This document shows, piece after piece, positions 37,720-46,691 of a DNA stretch of 64,000 nt. The position numbers were made by a program, and so were the translations under genes. Under the pieces are notes generated by a model. The model saw only the letters and a list, made by a program, of their open reading frames with translations, did not search any database and was not told the origin of the DNA. Each line of letters begins with the position of its first letter. The stretch's first letter is position 1. The stretch comes from a virus, in IMG/VR virus record IMGVR_UViG_3300043640_000137, positions 1-64,000 of that record; one strand, 5' to 3'.

Positions 37720-39570
37720 ATGACAAATTACTATGTCTCCTCGGTCGCCTTCACCGCTGTCTCGACGTGGGCCGCGCTGACCAGCGGCGTTGCGACGGCG
37801 GTCTCGCTCGGGCAGTACGTGCGCAACACGAGTCCCGCTGCGGATGCGACCGGCGTGGATAGTAACCAGCGCGTATGGAAGTGTACGACCGCGGGTACGA
37901 CAAGCACGACGGAGCCCACGGCATGGAGCACCACGTCTCCCGGCAACGATGGATCGACCACGACGGATGGTACGGTCGTCTGGACCGAAGTCATGGGCCG
38001 TGAGGCCGAGCAGGTAGCCGGTACGTGGCATGCACCGGCACCCGACGTCCGCTCGATGATCACTTGTAAGAACCCGACTGCCGGCGACACAATCTTCATC
38101 TCTAGTGATCACGCCGAGACATACACCGTCCCGAGCTTCGTTGCCTTCTCACCAACTACCAACGTCGCGGCATCCCGCAACGTCAGATACATATCTGTGT
38201 CACGTACCGGCACGCACTTGCCTCCCATCGCAGCAGACATAACGAGCGGCGCGTCCCTCTCCGCAGCGATTGCGGCTACCAGCGTCACCTACGGCCTGCA
38301 ATGGGCATACTACAGCGGCATCACGTTCCATCTTACCGACACGGGTGCCCAGAATAACCAGATCAAGTTCGAAGGTTCGAGCGGGACGAATCCTTCTGGG
38401 CAGAAGTGCATACTGGAAAACTGCTTGCTCTTGATTGACTCGACGGGGCTGTCCTCATCCATTGTGATCGGCGACGCCTCCGCGGGCAGCGCGCTTGTGG
38501 AATGGATCAATACCGCGATCAAATACACGGGTGTTGCGGCATCCCCCGCTATCGCGCTTATGCAGTTCGCGAGTTTGATCTGGCGGGATACCCCGAGCAA
38601 CGCCGTGCAGGGAACGGCGCCGGATTCGCTACTTGGAGTCAACACCGTGGGCTCGAACACTCAGGGCTTCGCAACATTGCGCGGCCTTGATCTTTCAGGA
38701 TGCGGAGCGGGAAAACTAATCAACCCGGTCTCTACCGTGGGACCGACTCGCATCTCGCTTGAAAACTGCAAGCTCTCTGCGACCGTCACGGACGCTAACA
38801 TTATCGCCAAAACGAAAGGCAGCACTGACGACGCGCTATGCCTCTCCGTCGATAACTGCGACAACAGCACGAGTGGCCGGAACTGGCGCATGTTCCGTGC
38901 GTACTCGATGGGCATAGTCAAATCCGTCAGCAGCCCCGCACGAGATACCGGCGCGTCAGATGGGGTGACGGGCATCTCGTGGGCTTTCAGCAGTATTAGC
39001 GACACGCGCTTCGGAACGCTGCCCAACGTCTCGCTGCAAGGGCCTCAGATCGTGCGGCGGTACGACACGACCGGCTCTTCCAAGACCCTCACCGTTGAGA
39101 TGCTGTATAACGGCACCGCGTTGCTGACCAATGCCCAAGCATGGATCGAGGCCGAAGTTCTCGGCACGGCAGGCGTTCCGCTCTCGGGGACTATTTCGTC
39201 TGGGATCGCGACCCCACTGACCACCGCGGGCAACCTATCGACGAGCACGAAGACATGGGATGCGCCTGCGCGCGTCAACTCGCACGCTTACGTGCTCGGC
39301 GATGTGATATCCACAACGAGCAATGTCGGCCCGGTCTTCTTCTGCACAACCGCAGGCACGAGTGCGTCGTCTGAGCCCGGAGGGTACGCATCGGCAGTCG
39401 ATGGCGGTAGCGTGACGGATGGCACCGCTCACTTCCGCGCCGGCTTCCGCATGAGCGCGAGCGTGACATTCACGGCCCAGGTCAAAGGGATGGTGCGTGT
39501 GATACCGAGGTTCGCCGTCACTAACGACGCCTTCCACTTTTTCGTCGATCCCATGCTGACGATTACGTGA
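37720..39570 (+). CDS. Putative receptor-binding tail fibre protein
   Basis: 616 aa, T/S/G-rich; two CTTAGT...EP...TDGT carbohydrate-binding-like modules; lower GC3 in the centre. Confidence 0.7.
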   Translation: MTNYYVSSVAFTAVSTWAALTSGVATAVSLGQYVRNTSPAADATGVDSNQRVWKCTTAGTTSTTEPTAWSTTSPGNDGSTTTDGTVVWTEVMGREAEQVAGTWHAPAPDVRSMITCKNPTAGDTIFISSDHAETYTVPSFVAFSPTTNVAASRNVRYISVSRTGTHLPPIAADITSGASLSAAIAATSVTYGLQWAYYSGITFHLTDTGAQNNQIKFEGSSGTNPSGQKCILENCLLLIDSTGLSSSIVIGDASAGSALVEWINTAIKYTGVAASPAIALMQFASLIWRDTPSNAVQGTAPDSLLGVNTVGSNTQGFATLRGLDLSGCGAGKLINPVSTVGPTRISLENCKLSATVTDANIIAKTKGSTDDALCLSVDNCDNSTSGRNWRMFRAYSMGIVKSVSSPARDTGASDGVTGISWAFSSISDTRFGTLPNVSLQGPQIVRRYDTTGSSKTLTVEMLYNGTALLTNAQAWIEAEVLGTAGVPLSGTISSGIATPLTTAGNLSTSTKTWDAPARVNSHAYVLGDVISTTSNVGPVFFCTTAGTSASSEPGGYASAVDGGSVTDGTAHFRAGFRMSASVTFTAQVKGMVRVIPRFAVTNDAFHFFVDPMLTIT

Positions 39571-39574
39571 CGCC

Positions 39575-40033
39575 ATGACGACCGAACAATATCTCATCCC
39601 AGGCGGCGGCTTCTACAACGACAGCGGCACACCGGCCGACTACCTCATACCGGGCGGCTCACTGTCCGTTGATACGTCTTCGAGCGCGAGCACGGTTAAC
39701 GGCGTCGGATCGGCGGCCGGTGTAGCCGCAGTCAGTGGAGCGTCCGTCACAACGGTATCTCGGGCGGGCTCGGCGGCCGGCAAGGCCACGGTCAGCGGAG
39801 CTTCCATCGCGGTGGTATCCAGAGTCGGCTCGGCGGCCGGCAAGGCCACGGTCAGCGGAGCATCCCTTGCTGCGGCAGTTAGAGCGGGCTCGGCGGCTGG
39901 CAAAGCCACGGTCAGCGGAGCCGCCTTCTCGCTGGCATCTCGGGCGGGCTCGGCGGCCGGCAAAGCCACGGTCAACGCGGTCAGCCTCGGCGCGGCCGGA
40001 AGCCAGCCAGTTCTCCTCATGTTTGGTTTCTAA
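39575..40033 (+). CDS. Structural protein with 20-aa tandem repeats
   Basis: GSAAGKATVSGAS repeated about five times. Confidence 0.7.
   Translation: MTTEQYLIPGGGFYNDSGTPADYLIPGGSLSVDTSSSASTVNGVGSAAGVAAVSGASVTTVSRAGSAAGKATVSGASIAVVSRVGSAAGKATVSGASLAAAVRAGSAAGKATVSGAAFSLASRAGSAAGKATVNAVSLGAAGSQPVLLMFGF
39700..39990 (+). repeat. About five tandem 60-bp coding repeats
   Basis: GGCTCGGCGGCCGGCAAGGCCACGGTCAGCGGAGC at a 60-nt period. Confidence 0.9.
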
Positions 40034-40118
40034 ACCGGCCAGTTCACGTAGCTCGGCTACGTATATTCCATATTCTTCCGCTATTGTATTTGCCCATCTT
40101 GTCAGTTAATGTAGCTGA

Positions 40119-40376
40119 ATGGGCGTGACCAAAGGCATCCTCATCGATCTGTTCACCAACTCGGAAGGCCATCGCGCCGACGAGATGGCTTCGCTGTCGA
40201 TTGTCGGCGTGCTCGTGTTCATCGGCCTCGCGATTTACAGCGTTGCATACAAGGGCTCGGCCTTCGATCCGACAGGATACGGCACGGGCCTCGGTGCGGC
40301 GATCGGCGGTGCAGCGGTCGGCATCGGCCTGAAGGGCAAGATGGAGCGCGACATCGGCAAAGACGGAGAAAAATGA
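40119..40376 (+). CDS. Putative holin
   Basis: 85 aa, two hydrophobic segments, charged C-terminus, precedes the spanins. Confidence 0.6.
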   Translation: MGVTKGILIDLFTNSEGHRADEMASLSIVGVLVFIGLAIYSVAYKGSAFDPTGYGTGLGAAIGGAAVGIGLKGKMERDIGKDGEK

Positions 40377-40864
40377 TGTTCGGACTCAGCACGATCAAGC
40401 TCATCGGCATTGGCCTCGGGGTCGTTGCCATCATCGGCGTCATCTTCGCCGGCTACCGCTTCGTATCGAATCAGATCGACGACCGGGTGAACGGCGCCGT
40501 CGTCGCAACTCAGTCTCAGGATGCGGCACGTATCAATGCCGTCACTGCTGCGCAGACCGCCGCGGAGGCGAAAGCCAACGCCGCTCAGGAAGCGCAGACC
40601 ATGCAGCGTCTCAACGATCTTGGCCATGCACAGCAGCAGAATGCGAGCAAGGCGCAGGACATTTCCGGGAGCCTTCATCATGACTTCTCTGCGTCCTCTT
40701 CGCCTGACGGCGATGCTTCTGCCGCTCGCGATGATTTCGATCGGCTTAACCGCATGCTCGAATGCGCTTCCGGGGCTGCTGGCAGTTGTGTCAGCGCCGA
40801 AGCTGGCCCCGCCGATGCGGCCCAGCCCGGAAGCTCCGGCGCCGGTAAAGCTCCGCGATCTTAA
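40373..40864 (+). CDS. Rz: Inner-membrane spanin
   Basis: N-terminal TM, Ala/Gln coiled coil, C-terminal cysteines. Confidence 0.75.
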   Translation: MMFGLSTIKLIGIGLGVVAIIGVIFAGYRFVSNQIDDRVNGAVVATQSQDAARINAVTAAQTAAEAKANAAQEAQTMQRLNDLGHAQQQNASKAQDISGSLHHDFSASSSPDGDASAARDDFDRLNRMLECASGAAGSCVSAEAGPADAAQPGSSGAGKAPRS

Positions 40865-41072
40865 CTGGCAGGTCGTCGTCGATCCCAAGACGCACGAGCC
40901 CGTCTTCGGGCTCAGCGTCCAGGGCCTCTACGACCTCGAAGGCAACGAAGTGATGCTCGGCCAGTGGATCGGCGACTCGAAAGCCGTGATCGAGTTTTAT
41001 CGTGCCGACAACGCCGCTGCCAATGCGGAGAATGCACCTTCAAGCTCCGCAAAGGATGCGGGCAAAAAGTAA
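40680..41072 (+). CDS. Rz1: Outer-membrane spanin lipoprotein (overlapping type)
   Basis: Starts inside Rz in another frame after GGGAG; lipobox LTA-C; Pro-rich. Confidence 0.75.
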   Translation: MTSLRPLRLTAMLLPLAMISIGLTACSNALPGLLAVVSAPKLAPPMRPSPEAPAPVKLRDLNWQVVVDPKTHEPVFGLSVQGLYDLEGNEVMLGQWIGDSKAVIEFYRADNAAANAENAPSSSAKDAGKK

Positions 41073-41116
41073 TCCTCGGACGATGGGTTGCGCAGTTTCA
41101 GTGTTCGAGGCGTGTC

Positions 41117-41497
41117 ATGGGCGAGTTCGATGTCGAGACTATGCTGCGGAACCTCACCCTGGATGTGCGAGACCTCCGCAAAGAGGTAGCCGCGATCCCG
41201 GAGAAGGCTGCCGAGGCCGCGCGTCGTGAAGCGCGCACCGCGCTCCTGAAGGTCGGGCTCGATACTACCAACGCGACGGAGCACCAGCGCGACATGGCTC
41301 TCGTCAGCGAAATCCGTGACATGGCCGAGCAGGGCAAGTTCTTCGAGCCGCTTCGTGCCGCGACCGACTGGAAGATCGCACAGGACGTCGTGAAGAGGGC
41401 CGGCCTCAAAGCCGCTACCGCGAGCCTCGTGGCGGCAGCGATCGGACTCTTCTGGCTCGGCTTCTCCGACAAGCTGCGGAGCATGTTTCACCTATGA
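41117..41497 (+). CDS. Membrane protein with C-terminal TM (lysis region)
   Basis: GAGG SD; coiled coil plus one TM. Confidence 0.65.
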   Translation: MGEFDVETMLRNLTLDVRDLRKEVAAIPEKAAEAARREARTALLKVGLDTTNATEHQRDMALVSEIRDMAEQGKFFEPLRAATDWKIAQDVVKRAGLKAATASLVAAAIGLFWLGFSDKLRSMFHL

Positions 41498-41829
41498 TCA
41501 AAGCTATCGTCGCCTGGACCCTTTGGGTACAGCCGGCACAGTGGTCCGAGCAAGTGGAACCGTTCTACATCGGCGTGTCTTTCCTTTGCCCTCACTGTGA
41601 TCATACGGATTGCCCAGAGTGCGGAGCGCATCGCGGCAAAAGGTTGGCCGTGCGTTTCTGGCCGCCTATCGATCCCGGATCATGGGAGCCGCGGGTCACG
41701 CCGATTCCTCATGTCGGGTTTCATACCCGTGTGAGCGGCGACACCTTCGAGGCCCTTACCCTATCGCCGAGTGTGGGACTCGATCCTCACTGGCACGGTC
41801 ACATCGTCAACGGGGTACTGAAGCCATGA
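41494..41829 (+). CDS. DUF6527-like metal-binding protein
   Basis: FLCPHC...CPEC; GDTFE.LTLSPSV; HWHGHI.NG. Confidence 0.65.
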   Translation: MIKAIVAWTLWVQPAQWSEQVEPFYIGVSFLCPHCDHTDCPECGAHRGKRLAVRFWPPIDPGSWEPRVTPIPHVGFHTRVSGDTFEALTLSPSVGLDPHWHGHIVNGVLKP

Positions 41830-42080
41830 GCATTACGCTTGCTCGCGCACTCGGAGCTATCGTCGCCTGGACCCTTTGGACGCTGCTCGGAATCTACATC
41901 GGCGTGACCGTGTGGATGGACCTCTTCGCCTTCGCCGAGGCGAAGTGCGGGACCGTCATGTTCTCGTTGACGTGGCCGATCTTCGCATTCGGCGGGCACA
42001 CGGGACTCGACGCTTGGGGACCGTACCTCTGGGTCGAGTATCACATCGCCGGCTTCTGCGTCTGGTACTGGCCATTATGA
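41826..42080 (+). CDS. Small membrane protein
   Basis: ATGA overlap; Trp-rich, hydrophobic. Confidence 0.55.
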   Translation: MSITLARALGAIVAWTLWTLLGIYIGVTVWMDLFAFAEAKCGTVMFSLTWPIFAFGGHTGLDAWGPYLWVEYHIAGFCVWYWPL

Positions 42081-42544
42081 GGCAGTCGAATGTTCTCGCT
42101 TGCGTTCTGGACGCGGAAACGCTCGACCCGCGTGCATGGGACGACTTCCCCGAATGGAGACGCGTCTTCCTGTCCGAGCGCAATGACCGGCTCTTCGCGA
42201 TCGTTGACCGGCAGGAATACGACTTCGCGCAACAGTTCTCCTGGGCCTGCCACAAGCAGGGAGGCTGGCGGTATCCCAACTACTACGCGCGTCGCACGGC
42301 CGGGCGCAACGAGGACGTTTCACACGGTACGCCGTTTTATCTCCATGTCGAAATCATGAAGCTTGTCGCGCCGTCGCCGTCGCCGAATCACACGATTGCC
42401 GATCATCGTAACGGCAACACGCTCGACTGCCGGCGCTGCAATCTCCGCTGGGTGACGCTGACCGAGAACCGAGCGAACCGCCATGGCTTTTGGAGAGGTC
42501 GCGGACCCGAGCAAGCGTGGAACGGATGGAAGGAAGCATCATGA
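42077..42544 (+). CDS. Free-standing HNH endonuclease
   Basis: AIVD..EY...YARR...LH.EIM...DHRNGNTLDCRRCNLRWVT..EN..N. Confidence 0.85.
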   Translation: MRQSNVLACVLDAETLDPRAWDDFPEWRRVFLSERNDRLFAIVDRQEYDFAQQFSWACHKQGGWRYPNYYARRTAGRNEDVSHGTPFYLHVEIMKLVAPSPSPNHTIADHRNGNTLDCRRCNLRWVTLTENRANRHGFWRGRGPEQAWNGWKEAS

Positions 42545-42723
42545 GCGATTGGGGCTTCGCATTCTCAGCCGAATGGGCCAGCACACCTTGGACGGTGGGT
42601 GCGTGGCCTTTGCCGATGCTCTGCATATTCCGTGGTCAAGAGACTCACGATCTACACGTCAAGGTCGGCCGGCTGCTCCTGACGATCGTCTGCCGCAAGG
42701 GAGGGTTCTGCCGTGGTGACTGA
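42541..42723 (+). CDS. Hypothetical protein
   Basis: ATGA overlap; fills the gap before the endolysin. Confidence 0.4.
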   Translation: MSDWGFAFSAEWASTPWTVGAWPLPMLCIFRGQETHDLHVKVGRLLLTIVCRKGGFCRGD

Positions 42724-43429
42724 AACAATCGACGATATGGCCTTCGACATCGTGCAGCGCGAAGGCGGCTACGTGAACGACTCGGCGGACAAGGGCGGCC
42801 CGACGAACCACGGCATCACGCTCGCCGTCGCGAAGAAGCACGGGTACAGCGATGTGCAGCAGATCACGGTGCCGATCGCCGAGCAGATCATGATCGCCGA
42901 CTACTTCACCGCGCCCGGCTTCGATAAGTTGCCGGCGGTGATCCAGCCGCAGATGTTCGACATCGCCGTGAACTCCGGCGCGGGCGAAGCGGTGAAGCTG
43001 CTGCAACACGCGCTCGTGAGCCTCGGCGGTGATACGATCGTGGTGGACGGCGTACTCGGCCCTAAGACGATTGAGATACTTGACGCGGCGTGCAGCTATC
43101 ACGGCGAGGCCGATGTGGATGACGCGATCGTGGACGCCCGCATCGCCTTCTACCGATCGCTCGTCGCGGCCGACCCGGCGGAGCAGCAGTTCCTCAATGG
43201 ATGGACCGCTCGGGCCAAGACCTTCGAGATGGTCAAGGGCACCAAGCTTGTGACGCCGGCAACGACGCTGCCCATCACGGCTACCGCGCCGCCGGCAGGC
43301 GTCCAGGTCTCGAAGTCGGTTCAGGTGGTGTCGCAGGCGACGGCCCCGGCTCCGGCATGTGCGTCGGCCAGCCGGTGGACCTTCGAAGCGCTGCTCTCGA
43401 AATTGGGTCTTGCCCCAAGTCTGGTCTAG
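42713..43429 (+). CDS. Endolysin, glycoside hydrolase family 108 with peptidoglycan-binding domain
   Basis: EGGYVND.ADKGG.TNHGIT; FD.AVNSG; VDG.LGPKT; FL.GW..R. Confidence 0.92.
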   Translation: MVTETIDDMAFDIVQREGGYVNDSADKGGPTNHGITLAVAKKHGYSDVQQITVPIAEQIMIADYFTAPGFDKLPAVIQPQMFDIAVNSGAGEAVKLLQHALVSLGGDTIVVDGVLGPKTIEILDAACSYHGEADVDDAIVDARIAFYRSLVAADPAEQQFLNGWTARAKTFEMVKGTKLVTPATTLPITATAPPAGVQVSKSVQVVSQATAPAPACASASRWTFEALLSKLGLAPSLV

Positions 43430-43564
43430 GATAAGCGAACGGCCCCATCGCGGGACAGGGCCGTTCCTTCTCAAGCGTTACGCTCGCCACCGTCAGGGTA
43501 GGGGCTGGTAGTGGGGGACTCCCGACCTGACGGACCCCGAAGATGCGTCGTCCCGCTGCCGGCG

Positions 43565-43927
43565 TCAATGCCCCAGGCACAGGTGGTTGTAGACGAACCC
43601 GCCGACCTGGGCCTTGTACGGCGTGCGGGCGATCGTCGGGTCGGTCAGGTACGCTGTGCCGTCCGAGAGATCGACGACGAAGGCCGAGTCGGCCGACATG
43701 CCTCCGAAGCCATTGCGTGCCGAGATCGAGCCGCAGACGGCCTTCACGGGCTCGCCGCGGGCGTTCCGGGCTCCTGGCAAGACCGCAGCCGTGGCGAAGC
43801 GTGCGGACCCAGGATCGCGAAGCTCGGTGAGGGCTAGAGCTTTAGCGGCTTCGACCGGATCGTTCTCTGCGTGCGCCTCTGGGGCCAGCAGCAGCAGCAT
43901 CAAAGCCAGGATCAACAGGTATCGCAT
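43565..43927 (-). CDS. Exported protein (moron-like)
   Basis: Signal peptide with AHA cleavage; L.DP.SARF...VCG...ARNGFGG. Confidence 0.75.
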   Translation of the reverse strand: MRYLLILALMLLLLAPEAHAENDPVEAAKALALTELRDPGSARFATAAVLPGARNARGEPVKAVCGSISARNGFGGMSADSAFVVDLSDGTAYLTDPTIARTPYKAQVGGFVYNHLCLGH

Positions 43928-43992
43928 GTCAGGGTCTCCTCGTGGCTGGCGGCTACCGTGCAGGGAAGACGTGAACGAACGATTAAGCCGCT

Positions 43993-44225
43993 ACATCCTT
44001 GCTAACATCCTGCTACGACGTGAACAGAAGCGGAAAACGATGTCGAAAAACGTCGAGCCGTGTCGAAGGATACCGCAGAATTGCGCCGTATGTCGAAAAG
44101 CTCGTACTAGGCTCTTGCTTTCGGGAGGCAGGGGCCGGAGGTTCGAATCCTCTCACTCCGACCAATAAAATCAACAACTTAGCAAATCGGCACCGCCCAA
44201 CATCCTTGCTAACATCCTGCTACGA
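43993..44225. other. attP: integrase arm repeats, tRNA-Pro(CGG) 3'-half core and IHF site
   Basis: ACATCCTTGCTAACATCCTGCTACGA at 43993-44018 and 44200-44225; core TTCGGGAGGCAGGGGCCGGAGGTTCGAATCCTCTCACTCCGACCA at 44120-44164; AATCAACAACTTA (WATCAANNNNTTR) at 44169-44181. Confidence 0.9.
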
Positions 44226-44361
44226 GGCGCGGGGCCGGTGTTTCGACCGGGTGCCAGTGACCGCAAGCTGGACACGCTTTAGCGACGATCACGCGGCTGC
44301 CCGTCCAGCCACACTTAGGACAGAGGACCGGCTTCTTCGGTCGCCAGTTGCGGCCCATGGC

Positions 44362-44586
44362 TTACCGCCGGCCCCGATTGGTCGCGGCTTCACGGCGCTT
44401 GATCTCGGCGAACATCTCGTCGCATTTCAAATTGCCGTGCTTCGTGACGAAGTGGCTGAGCTTCATGCGGCCGTCGATCCGGCGCACCTGATCCCGGCTG
44501 CTGGTCAGGACGGTCAGCCGGTCGAACTCGGCAAGCTCGGACTCGGTGTACGAGATCATCTCTACGGTTCTCTGCTCGGCCATCAT
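44362..44586 (-). CDS. Hypothetical protein
   Basis: ATGA-coupled to the integrase stop. Confidence 0.55.
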   Translation of the reverse strand: MMAEQRTVEMISYTESELAEFDRLTVLTSSRDQVRRIDGRMKLSHFVTKHGNLKCDEMFAEIKRREAATNRGRR

Positions 44587-45755
44587 CGTTGCTCCATCGC
44601 TTTGAGGACGCGTTCGTTCCGGCCGGGCGCGAGATGTCCGTATGTCCGCTCGACCATCTCTCCGCTCATGTCGATAAACTGACCGACGTCGGCGTAGGGC
44701 AAGCCCCGCTGTACGAGCCACGAGGCGCAGGAGTGACGGAGCGTGTGCGGCGTCGCCAGTCGGAGCTTGCGGGCAGACTCGATCCACTGGTCTCGGTCCA
44801 TTGGTGACGTGGCCTTGGCAGCAGCCTTGTCGGCGATCTTCGTGGCCTCTTCACACGCGGTCCTGAATGAGCGCTTCAGGTTCTTCATCGTCGAGCCTTC
44901 ATATTCGAGCACATACGAAGTCGTCCGCTTGCGCAGATACCGGAGCAGGGTGAGGAGGCGCCGCGGAATCTCAGCCCGGCCTTTCCGCTTCTTGCTCTCG
45001 ACTGCGCGCCGACCTTGGAAGTCGATGCGACAGCCCGGTAGATCGACGTGACCGGCGATAGGGTTCGCCTGCCATTGCAGCTTCAGGATCGCTTGCTTGC
45101 GACGGCCCATGTAGAAGCCGATGAGGATGAAGTACGGCAGATGAGCTTTCGCCTTCTTCTGCCGGCGGGCAGCGACGACCAGCGTCGCGATCTCGGTGCG
45201 ATCGAGCCAGATGTCTTTCGACGGTGACTTAGGTGGTAGCTCGACCGGAACCGACTGTGTGAGCTTGCCTTCCGCGACGCAGTAGTTGATCGCAGCGATG
45301 AGTGTGCCGAGTTCCTTGCGTGCGGTGCCGGCTGCCATGCCTGCGTCCACGCGAGACTTCACATACGCGCGGCATGTCCTCGGTGTGATGGCAGAGAGGT
45401 ACTGGTCCGTCCACCACAACACGAGCGCGGTGATGCAGTACGCGATGCGACCAGGGTCTTCGACGGTAGGCGCATGCTCTTCGCCGTAGACGGCAAGAAC
45501 GTCAGCGATCGTTACCTGATCGGGACGACGAGCCCCGTTCCATTTGAGCGCTCGGCTGTTGAGGAAGTCGCCGAGTTCGCCTTCAGCCTTCGCGCGATGC
45601 TCAAAGCTCGCGCCTGTGCTCCGCTCGTGTGGCCGCCTGCGTTCGGACCAGACGATGTACCAAATGTACTGGGTGAAGCCTTTGCGCGGCTTGGCTCCGT
45701 GCTTGGTGTCGGGTCCGAAGAGGATGAGTCGAGGGCCGGGGTTTGGCCGCGGCAT
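44583..45755 (-). CDS. int: Tyrosine integrase
   Basis: Catalytic R (MGRRK), HTLRH, Y in RTYGH; next to attP. Confidence 0.93.
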   Translation of the reverse strand: MPRPNPGPRLILFGPDTKHGAKPRKGFTQYIWYIVWSERRRPHERSTGASFEHRAKAEGELGDFLNSRALKWNGARRPDQVTIADVLAVYGEEHAPTVEDPGRIAYCITALVLWWTDQYLSAITPRTCRAYVKSRVDAGMAAGTARKELGTLIAAINYCVAEGKLTQSVPVELPPKSPSKDIWLDRTEIATLVVAARRQKKAKAHLPYFILIGFYMGRRKQAILKLQWQANPIAGHVDLPGCRIDFQGRRAVESKKRKGRAEIPRRLLTLLRYLRKRTTSYVLEYEGSTMKNLKRSFRTACEEATKIADKAAAKATSPMDRDQWIESARKLRLATPHTLRHSCASWLVQRGLPYADVGQFIDMSGEMVERTYGHLAPGRNERVLKAMEQR

Positions 45756-45946
45756 GGTTTGGTCTGCTCCTGTATGTAGCGCTTCAGTGCTGCGCCCGTG
45801 ATGAGCGTCGTTGCGCCGATGCGAACGACCTCCAACTTGCCACCGTAGGCGGCGCGCTTCAAGCTCTGTGGCTTCACATCTTCATGGATAAGTGTTGCCG
45901 CTTGCTTGAAAGAGTACCGATTATCATCGACGATGGCGCTGAGCAT
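45512..45946 (-). CDS. xis: Excisionase-like HTH protein with a C-terminal tail overlapping int
   Basis: YSFKQAA...LKRA...GKL.VVRIG...LIT...L..YI; precedes int. Confidence 0.7.
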   Translation of the reverse strand: MLSAIVDDNRYSFKQAATLIHEDVKPQSLKRAAYGGKLEVVRIGATTLITGAALKRYIQEQTKPCRGQTPALDSSSSDPTPSTEPSRAKASPSTFGTSSGPNAGGHTSGAQARALSIARRLKANSATSSTAERSNGTGLVVPIR

Positions 45947-46161
45947 TAGGGAAGCTCCCGACCGAGGATGACGCGGTAGTCACCGAAGAGGATGTCCTGA
46001 AGCTCAGAACCTTTGCTACGGCCGTAATAGCGGTGATACCAGGGCAGACGCGGGCCGTCGCCGAAACGCCAGCCACCGGACTCCGACACGAGCAGCGTGA
46101 AGCTAAACGCCAGTGTTAAGCGGGTGCCAGGGACGAGGAAGTCGATCAGGCGGCGGGCCAT
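45946..46161 (-). CDS. Hypothetical protein
   Basis: TAATG coupling on both sides. Confidence 0.5.
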   Translation of the reverse strand: MARRLIDFLVPGTRLTLAFSFTLLVSESGGWRFGDGPRLPWYHRYYGRSKGSELQDILFGDYRVILGRELP

Positions 46162-46421
46162 TACGAAGGCTCAACCCGCAGAGACACTGGAACCTGCCAG
46201 CCGATGACGCGGAGCACGACTTGGCCGCCGGCATTGAGCAGTGCGAGTTCTTCGGGCGACGGCTGCCACGCGCTATCGCAGTGCTTCACGTGCTGCTGCC
46301 CGAATGAATCGTAGAACTCCGCGCGGATAGGAAGGCGCCCGCAGGTGCCATCACGCTTCGCGTCCCAATCGCTCGGCGCTCCGGGGTTCGCGTTGGCTCC
46401 GGCAATAGCTTTCGGTGTCAT
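46161..46421 (-). CDS. Conserved phage hypothetical protein
   Basis: GAP.DWD..RDG.C..LPIR...SAW.P.PEELA.LNAGG.V.L; GGAGG SD. Confidence 0.75.
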   Translation of the reverse strand: MTPKAIAGANANPGAPSDWDAKRDGTCGRLPIRAEFYDSFGQQHVKHCDSAWQPSPEELALLNAGGQVVLRVIGWQVPVSLRVEPS

Positions 46422-46487
46422 TGTATTCCTCCAACTCTCAAAAGGATGTGCCAGACCATTGCGCACACGAGGCATATTCCAAGGAAC

Positions 46488-46691
46488 CTAAGCATCGTGG
46501 CTCCGGCGGTAGTTAGCGACGAGCGGCGCAAGGTCTGCGGCCGTGCCCAGGAAGCTCTCGAAGTCGGCGCAGCAGTCGAGCATGTCTTCCGCGACGGCCA
46601 GATCGGTCTCGCCTTCGATCTCGTAGCCGTTTTCGATGCGGTGCCCGAGCGCTTCCATGACGATCGCGTGGTAGTGAGCAGCGACGGCCAT
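46488..46691 (-). CDS. Hypothetical protein
   Basis: TGATG coupling. Confidence 0.55.
   Translation of the reverse strand: MAVAAHYHAIVMEALGHRIENGYEIEGETDLAVAEDMLDCCADFESFLGTAADLAPLVANYRRSHDA

Noticed and set aside
33330-40033. Diversity-generating retroelement or invertible tail-fibre cassette
   Set aside because: No reverse transcriptase, TR/VR pair or invertase seen
44088-44164. Complete tRNA-Pro gene
   Set aside because: Only the anticodon loop to CCA is present; there is no 5' acceptor strand (CGGAGTG) or D-arm upstream, so it is the attP core
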